This document shows positions 58,505-64,000 of a stretch of DNA of 64,000 nt, piece after piece. A program made the position numbers and the translations under genes. The notes under the pieces were generated by a model. That model ran no database searches and was not told where the DNA came from. It saw only the letters and a list, made by a program, of their open reading frames with translations. Origin of the DNA: a bacterium (GTDB lineage: Bacteria; Bacteroidota; Ignavibacteria; Kapaibacteriales; UBA2268); NCBI GenBank assembly GCA_030431515.1, contig JAUIIX010000010.1, forward strand, positions 2,753-66,752. Direction: 5' to 3'. Position 1 is the stretch's first letter. Every line of letters begins with the position of its first letter.

Positions 58505-60637
58505 TTAAATTAATGTTACTGGCTGAGCCATTCTAAGTGATTCTAATACAGCGAAAGTTGTTTTAGTAGCATAGTAAATATCTTCAAATTTGATAGGCAT
58601 ATCTTTTCCTTCTAAGATATTATTAATAGTTTCTTTAATTTCCTCATCAATACCTTTTTTACCATCAAATTTCTTTTCAGTGATTTTTTTATTAAATATT
58701 TCTAAACTTTCAAAGTTTTTCATTTTGTAAGAAGTGCCTTCTGAAAATACTTCACAATATTCTTTGTCCATTGATTTTCCACCATTTGCGAAATAATCAA
58801 TTCGTCCAATGCTACCATTTTTGAATTTAATGCTTACTGTAACAACATCTTCATTTGGTAATGATATATCATTACCAGAAATAGACTCTGCAAAAACTCT
58901 TAGTGGCAGACTCCCTGTTAAGTAAATCAAAGTATCTACAAAATGGCACAACTCCCCTATTATTCTTCCTTTGTTTTCATCATTTTGCACCCAATGTTCT
59001 AAAGGAATTTTACCTGCATTAACTCTATAATTAATACTCATTGCTTGTGTTGAATGCCTTACTTGTTCTCTAATATATTTGAAAATAGGACTAAATCTTC
59101 TATTAAATCCAACCATTATCCTACCATTAGTTTCTTCTCGAGTAGTTTTTATTTCCTCAAGATCATCTTCTGTTACACATAATGGCTTCTCACAATATAC
59201 TGGTTTTCTTGCATTTAAACATTGTAAAACATATTCACCATGACTATGATGTTGAGATGCGATAAATACCATCTCAGTTTTTTTATCAAATATCATCGCA
59301 TTTGCATCAGATGAACTTAATTCAAAATTATTTACATTTGCAGCACTTTTAGAACTCATTGGCGATGAATTACTAACTCCATAAAAGTTCACATTCAAAC
59401 TTTTAAGTGGTGGAATCAAATAATTTTGAGCAAATTGACCTAAGCCAATGAAACTAATTCCTAATCCATCTTTCTTCTGTGATACATTTTCACTAAAAAT
59501 GAAACGTCCTAAATGGTCACTATCCTCTGGGTATTTTATTACAATACCTAAATATTTTTCTTCACCTTTTAAAATTAAATTATATGCCTCAACAGCATTA
59601 TTTAATTCAAAAACGTGAGTAGTTAATTTACTAACATCCAATTTTCCAAGTGAAATTAAATCTAATATAGATTGGATATTTCTGTTTTCAGTCCATCTAA
59701 CAAATGCTACTGGATAATCTAAGCCCTCTTCTTCATACAATCTATCATATCTACCAGGACCATAACTACAACTAATTTTAATGTCAATCTCTTTTCTATA
59801 CCATTTACCACGTTCGATATTCAAGCCAACAGCACCAACAATACTTATCACACCTTTTTTTCTTGTCATTTCCAAAGACATATTCAAAGGTGCCGAACTA
59901 CTTGTTCCAGCAGTAATTATTACACTATCTAATCCTATACCTCTACTGAATGCTAAAGCTTTGTCAATACTAGTACTATTACTTAGCAAACATAAGTCAG
60001 CACCAGAATTATAAGCATTTTCAAATAATCCTTCATTTACATCAAAACCAACTACCCTACAGCCAGCACTTTTCAGAATCTGAACAGTTATCAAACCCAA
60101 TAGCCCTAAACCAACTACACCAACAGTTTCTCCAACAGAAACTCCACTTTGTCTAACTCCCTGCATAGCAATAGATGCTACTGTTCCATAACTTGCATCT
60201 TGCGAACTAATATTGTCGGGAATAAGTACTGCCAAATTTTTAGGAATTGCAACAAACTCGCTATGATTAGCAAGACCAGCACCACCAACACTTACTCTAT
60301 CACCAATGTTAAATTCTTTACACTTGCTTTCTACTACTATACCACTTGCAGAATAACCTAATGCTTTATAACTATTTAATTTATTCCAAACTCTATTAAA
60401 AGTTGAGTGTAATCCATGTTGCTTTACTGTATCTAATACTAATTTTACTTGGTCGGGTTGTTTTTTTGCACGTTCAAAAAAAGAGCCACGAGCATTATCA
60501 ACTGAACTTTTTTCTGTACCAGCACTAATCAAAGAATACTCAACTCTAACTAATATACCATTTGAAGGGCATGTGGGAACAGGCACTTCTTCAATATTTA
60601 ACTCACCACTTCTTTGATACTGTACAATTTGCTTCAT
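58505..60637 (-). CDS. Bi-domain oxidoreductase: N-terminal MDR/alcohol dehydrogenase-like plus C-terminal Gfo/Idh/MocA-like
   Basis: 710 aa. The N-half is GroES-like plus Rossmann (VVGLGLLGLITV). The C-half has ISFIGLGQFAQNYLIP, CEKP and NRRFSP motifs of Gfo/Idh/MocA. Confidence 0.8.
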   Translation of the reverse strand: MKQIVQYQRSGELNIEEVPVPTCPSNGILVRVEYSLISAGTEKSSVDNARGSFFERAKKQPDQVKLVLDTVKQHGLHSTFNRVWNKLNSYKALGYSASGIVVESKCKEFNIGDRVSVGGAGLANHSEFVAIPKNLAVLIPDNISSQDASYGTVASIAMQGVRQSGVSVGETVGVVGLGLLGLITVQILKSAGCRVVGFDVNEGLFENAYNSGADLCLLSNSTSIDKALAFSRGIGLDSVIITAGTSSSAPLNMSLEMTRKKGVISIVGAVGLNIERGKWYRKEIDIKISCSYGPGRYDRLYEEEGLDYPVAFVRWTENRNIQSILDLISLGKLDVSKLTTHVFELNNAVEAYNLILKGEEKYLGIVIKYPEDSDHLGRFIFSENVSQKKDGLGISFIGLGQFAQNYLIPPLKSLNVNFYGVSNSSPMSSKSAANVNNFELSSSDANAMIFDKKTEMVFIASQHHSHGEYVLQCLNARKPVYCEKPLCVTEDDLEEIKTTREETNGRIMVGFNRRFSPIFKYIREQVRHSTQAMSINYRVNAGKIPLEHWVQNDENKGRIIGELCHFVDTLIYLTGSLPLRVFAESISGNDISLPNEDVVTVSIKFKNGSIGRIDYFANGGKSMDKEYCEVFSEGTSYKMKNFESLEIFNKKITEKKFDGKKGIDEEIKETINNILEGKDMPIKFEDIYYATKTTFAVLESLRMAQPVTLI

Positions 60638-60669
60638 CTAAAAAACCATAATTTTAAAATCTCTAATCA

Positions 60670-60686
60670 CAAAAATATCAAAAATA
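60670..60686 (-). promoter_or_regulatory. Two adjacent putative -7 boxes (TATTTTTG x2 on minus strand) for the oxidoreductase operon
   Basis: CAAAAATA at 60670-60677 and 60679-60686, which is 33 and 42 nt upstream of the ATG at 60637. Confidence 0.35.
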
Positions 60687-60812
60687 GTAGCAAAAAAACA
60701 CTAATGTAGAAAAAAAACTTAAAATTAGTAAAATATAGTTTAAAAAGTATAAAAAAAGTAGGAAAATAATTCGATAAATTAAATAATTTAATTATCATTT
60801 TACTTTTTTTAT

Positions 60813-60820
60813 TAAGTTTG
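60813..60820 (+). promoter_or_regulatory. Putative -7 box TAAGTTTG for the first OmpA-family gene
   Basis: TAnnTTTG match 34 nt upstream of the ATG at 60854, with an AGGAA RBS. Confidence 0.4.
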
Positions 60821-60853
60821 CTTAATACTTTTTTTAAAAATTAGGAATTTATT

Positions 60854-61360
60854 ATGAAATTATTACTACTTACGTTTGTTTCACTTTGTTTTTTATTTTC
60901 TATTTCAGTTTATAGTCAAGAAAGTGATCAAAAAGCTCCTGCTGTTTTTGAAGGAAAGTTAATTAAAAAACCTATTAAATTAGAAGAACATAATAAAGAA
61001 AACCCTAGTTTTAAAAAAGGTGCAAAGTTTACTTTTACATATCTCAATTCCGAAGATACTAAGCCAACTAAGGAATTAATTGAATTTTTAGATAAATTAA
61101 ACGAATGGATGAGAAATAATCCTCAATCAGAAATTAGAGTTACAGGACATGCTGACCAAAGTGGATCTCATGAAGAAATGCAAGACCGATCTATGAAAAG
61201 AGCTAAAGAGGTTCAAACTTATATTGTTGGAAAGGCTGGTATAAATAAAAGAAGAATACTTGTTACTGGAGAAGGTGCAAGAAATCCAATTGCAGATGTT
61301 TACTCAGAAATGGGTAAAGCACAAAATCGAAGAGTTGAGATTGTGATAATTATTGGATAA
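60854..61360 (+). CDS. OmpA-family (OmpA_C-like peptidoglycan-binding) protein, paralogue 1
   Basis: 168 aa with a signal peptide and TGHADQSG...RS.KRAK.V..Y...GEGAR.PIA...GKAQNRRVEI. Confidence 0.8.
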   Translation: MKLLLLTFVSLCFLFSISVYSQESDQKAPAVFEGKLIKKPIKLEEHNKENPSFKKGAKFTFTYLNSEDTKPTKELIEFLDKLNEWMRNNPQSEIRVTGHADQSGSHEEMQDRSMKRAKEVQTYIVGKAGINKRRILVTGEGARNPIADVYSEMGKAQNRRVEIVIIIG

Positions 61361-61413
61361 AAAAAAAAGAAATTTATTACATTTTTATTTTTCAAACAAT
61401 TTAAGGCATTATT

Positions 61414-62022
61414 ATGAGTACAATATTTATAGCTTTGATTCTAATTCTTTCAAACTCTGTTTATAGTCAAACTGAAAGTTCAAATTCATTAAGTGAAATC
61501 CCTAAAAACAATAATCAAAAGAAGTTCAAATTTATTAATGATAATGAATTAATTAATATTAATGATAATGAATTAATTAATTTTGAAGTAATCGATATTG
61601 AAGTTGTTGACATTACTGATTCAATATATAGTGAAACTAATTATGACAAAGTCAATTTAGAAAATATTGAATTTAAAAAAGGTGCAAAGTTCACTTTTAC
61701 TTATCGTACATCAACAGATACTAAACCAACTAAGGAGTTGATAGCTTTTTTAGATAAATTAGCAGCGTGGATGAAAAACAATCCTAATGGTAATATTAGA
61801 ATTACAGGTCATTCTGACCAAAATGGAACAGGTAAAGAAATTCAAGAACGTTCAGTTCAAAGGGCTAAAAATGTAAAGGATTATTTAATTACTAAATCTA
61901 AAAGTAATACAAAAAACATATTGATTTCTGGAGAAGGAGCAAGAGTTCCTATAGCAGATATTTACTCAGAAATGGGTAAAGCACAAAATCGAAGAGTTGT
62001 AATAGATATAATTAGTGAATAG
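61414..62022 (+). CDS. OmpA-family protein, paralogue 2
   Basis: 202 aa with the same FKKGAKFTFTY..DTKPTKELI.FLDKL..WM.NNP and C-terminal motifs as paralogue 1. Contains a perfect 24-bp x2 duplication at 61534-61581 (INDNELIN x2). Confidence 0.8.
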   Translation: MSTIFIALILILSNSVYSQTESSNSLSEIPKNNNQKKFKFINDNELININDNELINFEVIDIEVVDITDSIYSETNYDKVNLENIEFKKGAKFTFTYRTSTDTKPTKELIAFLDKLAAWMKNNPNGNIRITGHSDQNGTGKEIQERSVQRAKNVKDYLITKSKSNTKNILISGEGARVPIADIYSEMGKAQNRRVVIDIISE

Positions 62023-62071
62023 TGTAAGGTCTTTTTTAAATTAATCAATTAAATATCAAATATTAAAATTT

Positions 62072-62099
62072 AAGCCCAATTATTATATTGGGCTTTTTG
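62072..62099 (+). terminator. Terminator after the OmpA pair
   Basis: Stem AAGCCCAAT (62072-62080) / ATTGGGCTT (62087-62095), followed by TTTT. Confidence 0.65.
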
Positions 62100-62105
62100 T
62101 AAAAA

Positions 62106-62459
62106 TTAATTTTTAAAGTCTGAAATTACATTTTCAACCAGTTTTAAATCATTATTTAAGTTATTTGTAATTATTTCCCATAAGATTTCTAAATCTAAGC
62201 CAAAATATTCATGTGATAAGATATTACGAAGGAAATACATTTCATTCCAAGGAATGTTCTGATATTGGTCTTTAATATTAGTTTCCACACTTTTTGATGC
62301 TTCTCCAATTATTTCAAAATTTCTAATAACTGCATCAATAGTTTTTTGGTTATTTTGAAATTGAATAAAATTCATATCTTTGGTGTATTCTAATATCCGC
62401 TCCATAGATATTTTAATATCTTGCAAATATATTAAATAATTTCTTTTTTCTTTTTTCAA
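62106..62459 (-). CDS. hepT: HepT-like (DUF86) HEPN ribonuclease toxin
   Basis: 117 aa with the Rx4HxY motif present as RNILSHEY. Overlaps the upstream MNT gene by 4 nt. Confidence 0.85.
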   Translation of the reverse strand: MKKEKRNYLIYLQDIKISMERILEYTKDMNFIQFQNNQKTIDAVIRNFEIIGEASKSVETNIKDQYQNIPWNEMYFLRNILSHEYFGLDLEILWEIITNNLNNDLKLVENVISDFKN

Positions 62460-62752
62460 TTTAATATATATTTTAAATTGCTATAAATATCATTTTTAAG
62501 TTCTGGTCTAAGTGCATAATCAGTTACTAAATCAACTTTTCTATTGAATAAATTTTCTAACATAATATTTAAAGTTAAAAATTTCCAGCCAATTGGTTTA
62601 TTAAATTCAACTAATAAATCAATATCGCTTGATGGAGAATTAGTATTATTAGCATAAGATCCAAATAAAGCTATTTTATTAACAGAAAACTGCTCTCTTA
62701 ATTCAGCTTCAATTGATTTTAATTTATTTTCAATTTCTACTCTACTATTCAT
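62456..62752 (-). CDS. mntA: MntA-type minimal nucleotidyltransferase antitoxin
   Basis: 98 aa with the GSx10DxD motif present as GSYANNTNSPSSDID. Confidence 0.85.
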   Translation of the reverse strand: MNSRVEIENKLKSIEAELREQFSVNKIALFGSYANNTNSPSSDIDLLVEFNKPIGWKFLTLNIMLENLFNRKVDLVTDYALRPELKNDIYSNLKYILN

Positions 62753-62819
62753 AATTTTCTCAATTTTAGCTTATCGACGATTATTAAATATTTTTATTTG
62801 TGTTTAATGTTTTATTTCT

Positions 62820-62872
62820 GGATTACCCACTTCTCACTGAATGATAACATTTCGACCTCGCTTAATGAATGA
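62820..62872 (+). repeat. Outlying degenerate Y-Z module pair
   Basis: GGATTACCCACTTCTCACTGAATGAT, then CATTTCGACCTCGCTTAATGAATGA. The Y-then-Z order matches 36296-36341. Confidence 0.6.
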
Positions 62873-62912
62873 GAATCTATAATTTTACTTAGAGATTTCT
62901 GTTTTAATTCCT

Positions 62913-64000
62913 TCACGTTGTATATTCAGCGTTAATTCTTATGTACTCATAAGAAATATCAGCACCCCAGCCAATTGCTTTTCCTTTTCCAAGTTTTAAA
63001 TCTAATTTAACGTGGATTTCGGATTCTTTCATTTTTCGTTTCAATGTTTTTTTATTTGTGCTTATAGGTTGTCCATTTTCAAGCAACATTATTTTACAAA
63101 CCCATAAATCTACTTTTTCTAACTCAATATCTGCTCCTGACCTACCTGCTGCGGCAACTATTCTTCCCCAATTTGGGTCTTGTCCAAATATCGCTGTTTG
63201 TACTAATTTTGAATCTGATATTGTTTTTACTATTTTTTTTGCTTCTTCATTATCTTTTGCACCATTAACTTCATATTCAATAAATTTGGTTGCACCTTCT
63301 CCGTCTGAAACAATTAATTTTGCCAAATGCTTACACATATTTTCTAATTTTTCATAGAAAGTTAAGTAGTTTTGGTCTTTTTTGGTAATAATTTTATTGC
63401 CAGCCATTCCATTACAAAGCACTGCTACCATATCATTAGTAGAAGTATCTCCATCAACATTTATCATATTGAAAGTGTCTTCTGTTATTGTTTTAAGTGC
63501 TTCATTTAATAGTTTACTATCAATTGCTATATCGCATACAATAAAGCCAAGCATTGTTCCCATATTTGGGTGAATCATACCAGAGCCCTTAGCAATTCCA
63601 GCCATATTTATTTCTTTGTCATCTACTTTAAATTCAACAAATCCTTCCTTTGGAAAAGTATCTGTTGTTAATATTGCATTTGCAGTTAGTGAACCAGCAA
63701 TACTTCTCTTAGTAAGTTTTGAAATATTTTCTTTAATACCAGTTACAACTTTTTCCGTTGGAAATGGTTCTCCGATAATTCCAGTTGATGAAACAATCAC
63801 ACTTTCTAAAGGAATATGCAAAAGGTCAGAAGTCGTTTTAGCCATAGCCATTGCTCCCTCAAAACCTTGTTTGCCTGTGCAGGCATTTGCGTTTCCAGAA
63901 TTTATAACAATCGCTTGTGCAATTCCTGATTTAATATTTTCTCTTGAAAGGCGAACAGGTTCTGCAAATACTTTATTTCTAGTAAAAACTGCAGCAGCAG
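62913..64000 (-). CDS. argJ: Bifunctional glutamate N-acetyltransferase / amino-acid acetyltransferase ArgJ (N-terminus beyond right edge)
   Basis: The reading frame stays open upstream of the track Met to the window edge (…AAAVFTRNKVFAEPV…NSGNANACTGKQG…). Has HPNMGTMLGFI at the autoprocessing region and C-terminal INAEYTT. Confidence 0.9.
   Translation of the reverse strand, partial: AAAVFTRNKVFAEPVRLSRENIKSGIAQAIVINSGNANACTGKQGFEGAMAMAKTTSDLLHIPLESVIVSSTGIIGEPFPTEKVVTGIKENISKLTKRSIAGSLTANAILTTDTFPKEGFVEFKVDDKEINMAGIAKGSGMIHPNMGTMLGFIVCDIAIDSKLLNEALKTITEDTFNMINVDGDTSTNDMVAVLCNGMAGNKIITKKDQNYLTFYEKLENMCKHLAKLIVSDGEGATKFIEYEVNGAKDNEEAKKIVKTISDSKLVQTAIFGQDPNWGRIVAAAGRSGADIELEKVDLWVCKIMLLENGQPISTNKKTLKRKMKESEIHVKLDLKLGKGKAIGWGADISYEYIRINAEYTT

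Overview
AT-rich (about 30% G+C by eye), very compact bacterial chromosomal segment with about 50 protein genes; many have 0-20 nt spacers or overlapping stop/start codons. I saw no rRNA, tRNA, CRISPR array, integrase or transposase. Two secreted proteins with T9SS-type C-terminal sorting domains, cbb3-oxidase maturation genes (ccoG/fixH), GH57, and a recurrent TAnnTTTG -7 box combined with good Shine-Dalgarno sites suggest an FCB-superphylum organism (Ignavibacteria/Bacteroidota-like). This taxonomic call is inference only. Housekeeping genes include ftsH (partial), icd, alaS, rimK, corA, gap, smpB, rho, tsaC, ppx and argJ (partial). Five things stand out. (1) A 6.6-kb repeat-saturated, compositionally distinct island (about 30.5-37.2 kb) holds about 3 kb of non-coding DNA built from a mosaic of short modules, a perfect-period 21-bp x 11 tandem array, a G+C-rich orphan FN3 protein and an aldehyde dehydrogenase bracketed by repeats. 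(2) An 11.6-kb minus-strand gene string joins two cytoplasmic giant multi-PAS histidine kinases to corA, a RimK-associated protease, rimK and a PAP2 phosphatase. (3) A flavoprotein disulfide reductase homologue has no redox-active cysteines. (4) A GH2-like ectodomain is fused to a polytopic membrane domain, in an apparent operon with a bi-domain oxidoreductase and Ppx. (5) A HepT/MntA toxin-antitoxin pair lies near the right edge. All functional calls rest on motif recognition in the translations; no database search was possible.
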